Source: a virus
IMG/VR virus record: IMGVR_UViG_3300032313_001394
Location: 64,001-128,000 of that record
Reading direction: 5' to 3' (one strand)
DNA: 64,000 nucleotides
Part shown: positions 19,020 to 27,662 of the stretch, piece after piece
Position numbering within the stretch: position 1 is the first letter of the stretch
Layout: every line of letters starts with the position of its first letter
Translations under genes and position numbers: made by a program
The notes under the pieces: generated by a model
The model's database searches: none
The model's input: the letters and a program-made list of their open reading frames with translations, nothing else
What the model was told of the DNA's origin: nothing

Positions 19020-19186
19020 GCTTCGATTGATGTTTTAGTTTTATTCTGTTTTAATTCAGTTAGATTATACTTACGCATGTATTCTTGTTTTTGACGAGAA
19101 TAATACTCATTTAACTCCTTATCAATTGATGATATTACAGTTGTAGGAACTAATTTAATATTGAAAATATCTTTTTTAGCTGTCAT
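19007..19186 (-). CDS. Small hypothetical protein (59 aa, not in ORF track)
   Basis: MTAKKDIFNIKLVP...; promoter motif near 19196. Confidence 0.55.
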   Translation of the reverse strand: MTAKKDIFNIKLVPTTVISSIDKELNEYYSRQKQEYMRKYNLTELKQNKTKTSIEAWNS

Positions 19187-19213
19187 AACTTTTTATTTAA
19201 TATAATTAAGAAA

Positions 19214-19236
19214 AATAGGGGGCATAGCCCCCTATT
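19214..19236 (-). terminator. Intrinsic terminator abutting the promoter motif
   Basis: Perfect 10-bp inverted repeat aatagggggc-ata-gccccctatt directly after the DUF932 stop. Confidence 0.8.
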
Positions 19237-19237
19237 A

Positions 19238-20029
19238 CTAGTTGGCCAATACATATTCATCTGCTAACTCCCATAATTTGGAATTGAAATCAATATTTTG
19301 AGTAAAATTCTTAATCTTTCTAGCTTTACGTGACTTACCTTTTTCATTTTGATAATGAAACCCACCATTAACTAATTTCTCTTGAACTCGATTCAATACA
19401 GCCCACATTGAATTATTAGCGTCTTCTTGACGTTCAACTAATAATAACATATTTGGATCTAAATTTTTAAAATTATCTCCAAAACGTAATTGAGCTGCTT
19501 TTAAAGCAAACGCTTGAGCCATTTCATCCGATATAGGTGAATCAGCAAACTTATTAATACGACCAACTACATCAGGTAATTTTTCGATCATTGTATTAAT
19601 TAATCCTCTTAACGTTTCGAAATTATAACCCATGTGTCTAATTTTTAACTCACCTAAGTCATGATCCTTAACTACTAATCCATTCGAACATACTAATCTA
19701 AAAATACCAATTTCAAATCTAAATGTAGATGAACCATCATGTGAATTAGTTAATAACACTTCAATATATGAATCTACATTTCCATTCTCATCAGCCATAA
19801 ACACACCTTCGTTTCTAAACTTAACTAAGTGTTTCTTAATTGATGAATTACCTCCCTTACGTGCTTTAACTCCAATTGCCTGAACTGGCTCCCAACCTAA
19901 TTTTCTCATGTCTTCAACGACTTGAATAGTTGGAATGTGAGTGTAATGTTCTGATAAACCTGCTTTATGTTCTGTTGACATAACTGCTGGTGCTAAACTT
20001 GCGATTTGTTCATTTGATAATGTAGTCAT
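19238..20029 (-). CDS. DUF932 (DUF945) family protein
   Basis: S..Y.HIPT..V...MR..GW, LLTNSHDGSS, GIFRLVCSNGLV, IRH, W..LNRVQE motifs. Confidence 0.85.
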   Translation of the reverse strand: MTTLSNEQIASLAPAVMSTEHKAGLSEHYTHIPTIQVVEDMRKLGWEPVQAIGVKARKGGNSSIKKHLVKFRNEGVFMADENGNVDSYIEVLLTNSHDGSSTFRFEIGIFRLVCSNGLVVKDHDLGELKIRHMGYNFETLRGLINTMIEKLPDVVGRINKFADSPISDEMAQAFALKAAQLRFGDNFKNLDPNMLLLVERQEDANNSMWAVLNRVQEKLVNGGFHYQNEKGKSRKARKIKNFTQNIDFNSKLWELADEYVLAN

Positions 20030-20095
20030 AATATTTGATTTATTTGTTTAATTTATTTATTACGTATTAAATATAATAAGGAAAGTCCTTTATTA

Positions 20096-20314
20096 CTAAT
20101 ACTTATAATTAACTTCTTCAGTCATATCTTCATCTCTTATTGGTTCAATTGGTTTTGAATAAGTATAAGGCACAATTGTATAACCCATAGTTTCAAGCAT
20201 TAATTTTAAATTTGCTACTTTCGGGTATGCCATTTTTTCTAATTCAGAGCCGATACCTTTAAGTAAAAGCATCTCTTTATAATCGCGGGGTGTTTTTTTG
20301 TTTGTACTCTCCAT
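20096..20314 (-). CDS. Hypothetical protein
   Basis: 72 aa; promoter motif at 20352. Confidence 0.55.
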   Translation of the reverse strand: MESTNKKTPRDYKEMLLLKGIGSELEKMAYPKVANLKLMLETMGYTIVPYTYSKPIEPIRDEDMTEEVNYKY

Positions 20315-20371
20315 TCTGTTTGTTTTTTAAATTGAAAATTTATTTTATAAGGTAAATATAATTAAGAAAAT

Positions 20372-20995
20372 TTAAATCGATCTATATGCTTGTCTAATTC
20401 GTTTTTGAACTAGCTCTTTATAACCATCAGCAGCGGCTATAAATTCACCTCGTGATGCATTCCATAACTCTAATTCTGCTTTACGACGACGTACTAATCC
20501 TTTACGAACACGTCCACCTGCTAATTTATACTGTAGTAGGTATGGTTTGATATTTTTACCACGTTTAATTGCTCTACCTAAACCATCAGTGCTGAAACGC
20601 ATTCCGATGTTATAGGCAATCATTGATGTTAATATAATCTTTTTATATGATTTAACTTCAGGAAAACGACGTTTAACGTCTTTAATGAATTTTTGATAAT
20701 CTTTATCAAATAGGCGATCTGCTTCCTCTAATGTAATACCATGTCTATATTTACGACGTTCGGTTTTAGTCATAACATGGCCCCATCCAATTGTCCATTT
20801 ACCACCTGGGCATTTATATGGTTTTAATTTTAATGACTCTTCTGACTTAATGAATAATGTAGCTGTATTGTAGAGTTTATCTTCGGTAGGTTCAGCTACT
20901 GTAATGTGTTTTGGTTCTTGTGGTGGTTTGTCTTGTTTATTATTATAACCTATCCACAATGCGGCTAGCATAGCTGTTATGACTATTTTCTTCAT
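20372..20995 (-). CDS. GH24 lysozyme with an N-terminal signal/anchor
   Basis: E-X8-C-X5-T triad (EESLKLKPYKCPGGKWT), TIGWGH, GLVRRR.AE. Confidence 0.85.
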   Translation of the reverse strand: MKKIVITAMLAALWIGYNNKQDKPPQEPKHITVAEPTEDKLYNTATLFIKSEESLKLKPYKCPGGKWTIGWGHVMTKTERRKYRHGITLEEADRLFDKDYQKFIKDVKRRFPEVKSYKKIILTSMIAYNIGMRFSTDGLGRAIKRGKNIKPYLLQYKLAGGRVRKGLVRRRKAELELWNASRGEFIAAADGYKELVQKRIRQAYRSI

Positions 20996-21045
20996 AAGTA
21001 ATGTTGGTTAAATTGTTAAACTTATAATTTAAAGTTAATTAAGAA

Positions 21046-21065
21046 AGCCTTAGTTTCCTAAGGCT
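21046..21065 (-). terminator. Intrinsic terminator abutting the promoter motif
   Basis: agccttag-tttc-ctaaggct (GAAA loop on the minus strand). Confidence 0.75.
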
Positions 21066-21171
21066 CGTCATCAAATTCAGGGAATGGATAAAAACCATTT
21101 AAAACCGCTTCAATATAAATTTCATCCATCGTCTTAATTTTTAGTACGATGTAAATATAATTGAGAAATTT

Positions 21172-21900
21172 TTAAAATCCGAATGTTTTTATTTTATTAT
21201 CCTTATCGATTAAGATTGCGGTCTTCGACTCTACCCAATCTCCTGAATTAATATAATGTGTGTTTTTAATTAATTTATTGTCTGGGGTATGGATGTGACC
21301 AACAATAACTCCATCATAACCGTATTGTTTAGCTATTTTAACAGCGTTTTCTTCAAAATCACCTATAAATGAAACCGCTTGTTTTACTTTAGCTTTAATT
21401 TGTTTACTAATTGAGTAATAAGGTAAACCACGCCATAACCTATATCTATTATACCATGTATTTAATGTGAGCGCTATATCATAACCAATCGATCCAATTT
21501 TAGCTATCCACGTCCATTTTGAACTGAATAAATCTAATATATCACCATGAAATACAAGGTATTTTCTACTGGTTACTTGGCCACCTATTGTTAATATATA
21601 GTTTTCACATATAGTGATATTATTCATTTTAATATGAAAGTAATCTTTTAAGAAATCATCATGATTACCTCTAATCAATACTATATTAGTTTTTTTAGAT
21701 AATTCTAATAATTTTAATACAACCTTGCTATGTTGTTTCTTCCATTTAGAACCACGTTCCAAAGCCCATCCATCGATGATATCTCCATTTAGTATTAATT
21801 GGTCAGTTGGGTGTTCATCTAAGAATTTAATGAATTCTTTAGTCTGACTATCTTTAGTTCCTAAATGAATATCAGATACTATAATTGTTTTATACTTCAT
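21172..21900 (-). CDS. PlcP/LpxH2-type metallophosphoesterase (phospholipase C-like)
   Basis: SDIHLGT, GDIIDGW, GNHD, HGD..D, GLPYYSIS...K.KVK.AV.FI..FE, GHIH, YINSGDWVES; probable start 21900. Confidence 0.8.
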   Translation of the reverse strand: MKYKTIIVSDIHLGTKDSQTKEFIKFLDEHPTDQLILNGDIIDGWALERGSKWKKQHSKVVLKLLELSKKTNIVLIRGNHDDFLKDYFHIKMNNITICENYILTIGGQVTSRKYLVFHGDILDLFSSKWTWIAKIGSIGYDIALTLNTWYNRYRLWRGLPYYSISKQIKAKVKQAVSFIGDFEENAVKIAKQYGYDGVIVGHIHTPDNKLIKNTHYINSGDWVESKTAILIDKDNKIKTFGF

Positions 21901-22789
21901 TTTTATCGAATAATTTATAATCAATATATTCTACTATTATTTTGGCAATGTCGACCCCACAATATTTTTCAAAACCTTTAAATCCAGGTGCACTATTTGC
22001 TTCACATACTACAAACTTATCATTATCAAATAATAAATCAATCCCCGCTATATGTAAATTTAATATTCTTGCTGTTTCTCTTGCTATGAAATCAATTTCA
22101 GATGTTATGTTAAATTTTTCACCTGTTCCTCCATTTGAAATATTTGCTCTAAAATCACCTTTAGGTCCAATTCTTTTCATAGCACCAATTACTTTACCTC
22201 CTATTACTAAAACTCGAAGGTCTTCTCCTGGGTTTGATCCCATATATTCTTGAAGTAATAATGTTTTTGATATCCCTACGTTATGGACAAACTCCATAAG
22301 TTTATTAAAATCTCTCCGCTTTTCACATAAGTAAACTCCAACACCCTGAGTGCCTGTAATTACTTTAACAACACATGGGAATCCTATTCTATCTTTTACA
22401 ATTGTTGAATCAACAGGATGTTTTACCATCATTGTATTAGGTATTGATATATTATGTTGTGATAGTATTTGAGAAGTTTTTAATTTGTCTGAAGCTGTTT
22501 CTACAGCATCGGCTTCATTTATACATATGACTCCAGCTTTATCTAATTGCCTTAACACAGCTAACATGAAATTATTTGTTTCGGCACCTGTTCTAACTAA
22601 TACAACTTTAGGCAATTCAACTAATTGCCCATTATATAAAATACTATTTTTAATATTTTTATTTACAATGATATCAAAACTACTTGGTTCAACTACTTTA
22701 GAAGTAATGTTTTTCTTAGTAAAAGTTTCTATTAATCTTTTATTCTCATAATCTACTTCACTATTTCGAGAAAAAATCCAAACATCCAT
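21890..22789 (-). CDS. rimK: RimK-family ATP-grasp glutamate ligase
   Basis: DKL.TSQIL, GFPCVVK...GTQGVGV, QEY, DLRVLVIGG, DFRAN, GIDLL, EANSAPGF.G.E; probable start 22789. Confidence 0.85.
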   Translation of the reverse strand: MDVWIFSRNSEVDYENKRLIETFTKKNITSKVVEPSSFDIIVNKNIKNSILYNGQLVELPKVVLVRTGAETNNFMLAVLRQLDKAGVICINEADAVETASDKLKTSQILSQHNISIPNTMMVKHPVDSTIVKDRIGFPCVVKVITGTQGVGVYLCEKRRDFNKLMEFVHNVGISKTLLLQEYMGSNPGEDLRVLVIGGKVIGAMKRIGPKGDFRANISNGGTGEKFNITSEIDFIARETARILNLHIAGIDLLFDNDKFVVCEANSAPGFKGFEKYCGVDIAKIIVEYIDYKLFDKNEV

Positions 22790-22796
22790 ATGAGTT

Positions 22797-23084
22797 TTAT
22801 TTTTTAAATAATTTATTCCAAATTTTATTACGCGGATTACCAAATTGCATACCCAAATATTTTCCTAATACAGAGCCAATTACATAAAATATCACAATAG
22901 TAAATCTACCATTTAATAAATCATCAATTGCATAATAAGTAGAGGCCAATGCAATTAAATTTATCCAAACTGAATTCAATAATAATGCTCCTATTTTATT
23001 TTGGTATGTATATTTTATTTCCAATACTTTAAGAATATTATATATCGTTTGTGCAAATAATACAATTACTTCTTTATACATCAT
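22797..23084 (-). CDS. Small three-TM membrane protein
   Basis: Three hydrophobic helices; FYVIGSVLGKYLGM. Confidence 0.65.
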   Translation of the reverse strand: MMYKEVIVLFAQTIYNILKVLEIKYTYQNKIGALLLNSVWINLIALASTYYAIDDLLNGRFTIVIFYVIGSVLGKYLGMQFGNPRNKIWNKLFKK

Positions 23085-24069
23085 ATAATACGTGTTCTAT
23101 TGCTTGTAGTACTTCTTCGTCTGTTGATATTTTAAAATAATTCTGAATACCTGATTCAAATGTTTTATATAGGAAATGTTCTAAATATACTGGAGCTAAT
23201 GTACCTTTATAACCATTAGGAAATCTACTTGCTGCAGTTGCATTACATTCCTGTTCGTATTGTCCTTTAATTGGTATTGTTAATACAGGTTTATTTAAGT
23301 ATAATGCTTCAGCTACTGTTTCAAATCCACCACCTGTAATTACTCCCCTACACTGCAGTAAAGCATACATAAATTCGGATTGATTAACTGATCTAAATTT
23401 AACATTTGAGTTATTCCAGCCTGGTTTATCTATTTGAGATGAGAATATCACAAATTTAAAATCCTTATATTTACTAAATACATTAACTAAGTCTTCTACT
23501 TTATATGCTGATAAGTAAACTAATATATAATCTTTACGTTCAGCTTTATCTTTATTATCACGTATAACACTCCTAATATGAGGTGATAATATAAAGTCAT
23601 CATACTTATTAAAATGGAATCCAATATTATACTTACACGGAGCATAATTCTTTAATACCCATTCAGCCATATGATCTATTTCATATGACCGTGGAGTATT
23701 TTTAGACAGGAATGCAGCGTGATGAGATAATGATAACGACTTAACAACTCGTAGTTTAGCAGCATATGCTGATATTGGTTCAAAATCAGATATAACTAAG
23801 TCATATTGTTCAACAGATAATGAACATACATCTTTGATGAATTGAAATATATTTAGTTGTCTGAATGTTTTCCAATAATCTAATTTACCATTACTATAAG
23901 CAAATGTAAATCCTTTAAAACGATATTTAATTTTTTGTCCAATATCGATTGGATTCATTTCACCTGATACCATTATATCAACTTCATGGTGTTGTAATAA
24001 AGGTAATATTGACATCGCTCGCGATGCATGTCCATAACCGGTGCCGTTGAAGGCATATAATATTTTCAT
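23074..24069 (-). CDS. GT-B glycosyltransferase (MJ1255/VC2487-like)
   Basis: MKILYA..GTG.GH.SR, DLVISDFEP, GGGFETVAEAL...KP...P..GQYEQECNA. Confidence 0.85.
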   Translation of the reverse strand: MKILYAFNGTGYGHASRAMSILPLLQHHEVDIMVSGEMNPIDIGQKIKYRFKGFTFAYSNGKLDYWKTFRQLNIFQFIKDVCSLSVEQYDLVISDFEPISAYAAKLRVVKSLSLSHHAAFLSKNTPRSYEIDHMAEWVLKNYAPCKYNIGFHFNKYDDFILSPHIRSVIRDNKDKAERKDYILVYLSAYKVEDLVNVFSKYKDFKFVIFSSQIDKPGWNNSNVKFRSVNQSEFMYALLQCRGVITGGGFETVAEALYLNKPVLTIPIKGQYEQECNATAASRFPNGYKGTLAPVYLEHFLYKTFESGIQNYFKISTDEEVLQAIEHVLYDV

Positions 24070-24164
24070 TAGCGTTTTTTAGTAATTTGATCTACTATTA
24101 AAGCAATAACTGCTAAACTTACTACTACAGCAAATGAAATAATCCAAGGGAAAATTGTGCTCAT
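24069..24164 (-). CDS. 31-aa single-TM peptide (not in ORF track)
   Basis: MSTIFPWIISFAVVVSLAVIALIVDQITKKR*; AAAGTTATG start context. Confidence 0.45.
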   Translation of the reverse strand: MSTIFPWIISFAVVVSLAVIALIVDQITKKR

Positions 24165-24168
24165 AACT

Positions 24169-24705
24169 TTATTCTTTTAGTTTATATATTTCGTCTAAAC
24201 AACGTCCTTGTTCATCGTAGTCTAATCCAAAACCAATAATAAATTCATCATCGGTTAATTCCATTCCTACGTAATCAACAACCACATTAGTCTTGTAATT
24301 CTTGGGGCGTGTAAATAAAGAACATATTTTAACGCTGTTAACTTGCTTCTCATTAATTAGATAGTCTTTTAATTCAACCATTGTTAAGCCTGTCTCAACA
24401 ATGTCCTCGACTATAATTATATTACGTTTATAGAGGTCGCGGGATATTCCAAGAACTTGTTTTACAGTACCTATTGATTCAGTACCATCATATGATGATA
24501 ATCTAACGAATTCTAATTCGGGGCTTAATGGATATAATTGTTCAGCTAAATGTGCTCCAAATATACCTGCTCCTTTTAATACTATAACTAATACCGGATT
24601 ATAATTTTGGTCATGTATTATTTCCATTGCTAATGCCTTAATCATAGCATTTAGCTTTTGTTTAGGTATTAGTGGTTCGAAATGTTTATCTTTTATCTTT
24701 AGCAT
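24169..24705 (-). CDS. hpt: Hypoxanthine phosphoribosyltransferase
   Basis: VLKGA, LSSY.G, IIVEDIVETGLT PRPP loop, FIIGFGLDY. Confidence 0.9.
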   Translation of the reverse strand: MLKIKDKHFEPLIPKQKLNAMIKALAMEIIHDQNYNPVLVIVLKGAGIFGAHLAEQLYPLSPELEFVRLSSYDGTESIGTVKQVLGISRDLYKRNIIIVEDIVETGLTMVELKDYLINEKQVNSVKICSLFTRPKNYKTNVVVDYVGMELTDDEFIIGFGLDYDEQGRCLDEIYKLKE

Positions 24706-24862
24706 GTTCTTTTTTTAAATCCTCAGCTATCTGCTTAATAATATCATCAGGCGTCATCATTAACAGAGTATTTAATTTATATTTTCCTCTATATCTGTCG
24801 TATGAAGTAAGTACTTCACGAATTAGGCTCTCTGTTATTGGAGTTTGGATATCGTTCTGCAT
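24686..24862 (-). CDS. Small hypothetical protein (58 aa, not in ORF track)
   Basis: MQNDIQTPITESLIREVLTSYDRY...; AAGTTATG start context. Confidence 0.5.
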   Translation of the reverse strand: MQNDIQTPITESLIREVLTSYDRYRGKYKLNTLLMMTPDDIIKQIAEDLKKEHAKDKR

Positions 24863-25031
24863 AACTTATTGTATGATGTGTTGTTTTTATTTTATGCCCC
24901 ATATTATATGGGTTGTAGTTTATTTCTAATGTCAATGTAGATAATGTATCATCCTCACACTGCTCATATAGATCAGCAAGTGCTTTAATTAACATTTGAC
25001 GTTGTGCCGATTTTATTTCTTGAGCATTCAT
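24816..25031 (-). CDS. Hypothetical protein
   Basis: 71 aa ORF. Confidence 0.5.
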   Translation of the reverse strand: MNAQEIKSAQRQMLIKALADLYEQCEDDTLSTLTLEINYNPYNMGHKIKTTHHTISYAERYPNSNNREPNS

Positions 25032-25033
25032 GA

Positions 25034-25294
25034 TTAATCTACAAAGTCGCTTACATTTTCATCAGCGAATAGATCTTCTGGAAATTCCTCATAATCATCA
25101 TCTTCATCTAATAAATCTTCGTCAGCCCAAATTATTTCCCATTTATCACCCTCTAATTCATTTAATGGATCAATAATTTCTTCTAATCCATAATATTCTA
25201 AATCCTCCTCATATGTTTCGTTATAAGCGATGTTATCAATATCAATATTGAGTGGTGTTTTAGGATCGCGTGGTTTATAAGTCTGTGATTGCAT
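25034..25294 (-). CDS. Extremely acidic small protein
   Basis: 86 aa, roughly one third D/E. Confidence 0.6.
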   Translation of the reverse strand: MQSQTYKPRDPKTPLNIDIDNIAYNETYEEDLEYYGLEEIIDPLNELEGDKWEIIWADEDLLDEDDDYEEFPEDLFADENVSDFVD

Positions 25295-25649
25295 CTACAA
25301 TTGATTTTTTAAGTTTTTTACGAGTAAATTTAATTGTTGGTACTAATTCCTTTAATTTAATAATCTTAGCACAATATTCATACTCTTCTGCTTCTTCTAA
25401 TGTTGGTAAACAACCATCTAAATTCTCTAAATAATCAGTATCATCCATTGCTAATGATGTAGCCATATTCATACCTCCTATTGTTGGTGATAATATAATA
25501 CAAGCAATAACATATTTTATCTTATGATTACAAGCAAATTCGACCGCTTTAACAGTTTGCTTAGCAATCTCTAACCTGTATTCAGGTCCGGGTGTGCCAA
25601 ACTTACCTCCTTTAATTATAAGCGGCTCGAATTCATCTTGTTCTTTCAT
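25275..25649 (-). CDS. Hypothetical protein with a UVR-like C-terminal helix pair
   Basis: EEAEEYEYCAKIIKLKE. Confidence 0.6.
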   Translation of the reverse strand: MKEQDEFEPLIIKGGKFGTPGPEYRLEIAKQTVKAVEFACNHKIKYVIACIILSPTIGGMNMATSLAMDDTDYLENLDGCLPTLEEAEEYEYCAKIIKLKELVPTIKFTRKKLKKSIVDAITDL

Positions 25650-25661
25650 TACTAATAAATA

Positions 25662-25871
25662 TTATGCTTCAATCACGGAAACAATAGTTGATTTAGATGC
25701 TGATTTAATTTCAAAATCATTCTCACCACGTTCAGCTAAATATTCTGTAATACGTGCTTCAGCTTCTGTAACTGACATTGCATCAACTAAATAATTTTCC
25801 GTTTGTTTTTTAATTTTACCTTTTGCGTCTTCTACTTCGAAAACAGCTTTTACTGTGAAATACTGAGCCAT
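25662..25871 (-). CDS. DUF4494 family protein
   Basis: G..KK.TE.YLVDA.S.TEAEARI pattern, a Bacteroidota family. Confidence 0.75.
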   Translation of the reverse strand: MAQYFTVKAVFEVEDAKGKIKKQTENYLVDAMSVTEAEARITEYLAERGENDFEIKSASKSTIVSVIEA

Positions 25872-25911
25872 ATTTATTTTGTTTTATTTTAATTAATATA
25901 AGTAAGAAATT

Positions 25912-26550
25912 TTACAATTTAGCAATTAAACTATCTTCATCTGCTTCTTCATCCCACAGTCCTAATGATTTCATATTTGCAATTTGTTTATCATCTAATT
26001 GCCAGTCAAAGTCTTTACTTTTAACTTCTTGATTTGATTCAACTGAGCGTATTTGAGAATTAGTAAGCACATCACCTACATATAAGAAATAGCAATTATA
26101 ACATAACAATTGTAAATTTTCTAATCTATAATCTGATTTATTATTATTTCTGAAGTTAAGTAATAAAGGTACTTTATAATCAATTACACGACGTTCTGAA
26201 AAATCACATTTGTCACAACATTCTCTTAAGAATCCTTCATTAATAGCTCTGATTTTGATTTTCTCAGGCGTAAAACTCTGCCAACCATCTCCACCTTCGA
26301 GAATATGCTTGACGGTAGGGTCCTTCTTAGTTTGAGGTAAAAACTTAGGGATGCCTTTTCCCACTTGGTTATAATGTACTTCAAACAAAGTCGGAGAATT
26401 AGGATTGTTATCATCTATCCTATATAATTTAAAATATGGTTTAACATGTTGATAACTACACCCCAAGTAATTAGCGGCAGCACGAATTGATTTTGTATAC
26501 TGCATCGCCCGCAATAAATCTTGCTTAGTAAGCGGTTTTGCACTCGGCAT
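25912..26550 (-). CDS. HTH plus degenerate HNH-like zinc-binding protein
   Basis: SIRAAANYLGCS HTH; CDKC and RLENLQLLCYNC. Confidence 0.65.
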   Translation of the reverse strand: MPSAKPLTKQDLLRAMQYTKSIRAAANYLGCSYQHVKPYFKLYRIDDNNPNSPTLFEVHYNQVGKGIPKFLPQTKKDPTVKHILEGGDGWQSFTPEKIKIRAINEGFLRECCDKCDFSERRVIDYKVPLLLNFRNNNKSDYRLENLQLLCYNCYFLYVGDVLTNSQIRSVESNQEVKSKDFDWQLDDKQIANMKSLGLWDEEADEDSLIAKL

Positions 26551-26551
26551 A

Positions 26552-26947
26552 TTATAACAATTTTTTCACTGCTTGCCACAACTGTTCTGGATTCGATATT
26601 TCACGTTCAGTCCCATGTTCGTCAATGTAAGGAATAGAACCATCCATTTCAATACGATCATAGCAATAGTGGATAATTAATTCGGCTGCTTTAGTACCGA
26701 ATGATAAATAAATTAAGTTATCAATAATTTGTAAATATAACTCATCATAATCAGTCAAATCAATTTTAAAGTCTGAATGTACTAATGTAGAACGATTGAT
26801 TACTAATTCAATTTGAGTAATAATGTTGATAAATAATTCATGTTTGATATCTTCATTATTTTTCTTACGGCGTACTATTTTAGTGTTAGTACCAATAAGG
26901 CCATTAATTTGGTTTTGAATTCCCTCAATCTCTTTATCTACGTTCAT
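26552..26947 (-). CDS. Hypothetical protein
   Basis: 131 aa ORF in an operon. Confidence 0.6.
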   Translation of the reverse strand: MNVDKEIEGIQNQINGLIGTNTKIVRRKKNNEDIKHELFINIITQIELVINRSTLVHSDFKIDLTDYDELYLQIIDNLIYLSFGTKAAELIIHYCYDRIEMDGSIPYIDEHGTEREISNPEQLWQAVKKLL

Positions 26948-27252
26948 AACTTTTCTTTTAATTTAACAATTTCAGCACACGTTTCATAATCTTCAAACTT
27001 TTCATAGTATGAAATTGATTTATTGAGTGCTGACTCAAAATCTTGTTTGTCTACTGTTAAGTATTGTCCAGTTGAGTTGATTTCTATTATTTTAGCGTGT
27101 TTTAATTTACGCTTAATAGCTTCTCTAATCCCCCATACTGTTTGAGAATAAACAATATCTTGTATTACTTCATTTTCTCCAATTACTGAGTAATCTGGTT
27201 CACCGTCTCCGTTTATATTAAACTGTAGGTTCGGTATTTGTCTCTTTGCCAT
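26944..27252 (-). CDS. Hypothetical protein with a UVR-like helix pair; probable paralog of 25275-25649
   Basis: EKFEDYETCAEIVKLKE. Confidence 0.6.
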   Translation of the reverse strand: MAKRQIPNLQFNINGDGEPDYSVIGENEVIQDIVYSQTVWGIREAIKRKLKHAKIIEINSTGQYLTVDKQDFESALNKSISYYEKFEDYETCAEIVKLKEKL

Positions 27253-27628
27253 CTGTATTAGGATTTAAAATGTTCTTAATGAATAATTTAAAGCTCTCTA
27301 ATCGGATTAAGAATCCAACTACATTCTGATATGGCACGTCTAAATCAGTATCAACTGATAATCCCATATCAGCTAATCCTTTATTTAATTTAGTTTTTAA
27401 TTTTTGGGTAATTTCTTCCTTTTTAGCCTCGTCTGTGCCTTGAGGAACAATAAATTGAATTTTAATACCCTTCTTAGTTGGGTTTTTATTTACATCGAGT
27501 ATCATTTTAAGACCCGATTCAGGTGACTCTGGGGGAGTCATATCAACAGCTGGTTGAGTATCAGTAGGTATTTCTTCACTATCTACCTCTAATATAGCTT
27601 TGATTTCATCTTCTAATAAATTTATCAT
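27218..27628 (-). CDS. Hypothetical protein
   Basis: 136 aa; TATATTTATA upstream at 27647. Confidence 0.6.
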   Translation of the reverse strand: MINLLEDEIKAILEVDSEEIPTDTQPAVDMTPPESPESGLKMILDVNKNPTKKGIKIQFIVPQGTDEAKKEEITQKLKTKLNKGLADMGLSVDTDLDVPYQNVVGFLIRLESFKLFIKNILNPNTDGKETNTEPTV

Positions 27629-27662
27629 TTTTATTTATTTGTTTAATATAAATATAATAAAG

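Larger units (their letters stand above)
6101..21168 (-). promoter_or_regulatory. Dispersed 18-bp promoter-like repeat, minus-strand consensus TTTCYYWWTTATMTTTAA; about 25 copies in this span and about 10 more elsewhere
   Basis: Plus-strand ttaaatataattaagaaa and variants sit just upstream of minus-strand starts (e.g. 6101, 6410, 6682, 6901, 7287, 7763, 8287, 11332, 12375, 13682); 3' half resembles the Bacteroidota -7 element TAnnTTTG. Confidence 0.85.

Noticed and set aside
6101-21168. Recurring 18-bp motif as a CRISPR array or attC cassette array
   Set aside because: Spacing is irregular and gene-sized, the motif is not palindromic, and no integrase or cas operon is present; its position fits a promoter
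21172-21900. Annotation as LpxH (lipid A synthesis)
   Set aside because: GNHD rather than GNRD, and the PlcP/LpxH2-type helical insert; no other lpx genes nearby
26226-26414. Nested alternate-frame ORFs (also 38559-38807)
   Set aside because: They lie inside or largely overlap convincing genes and have no motifs
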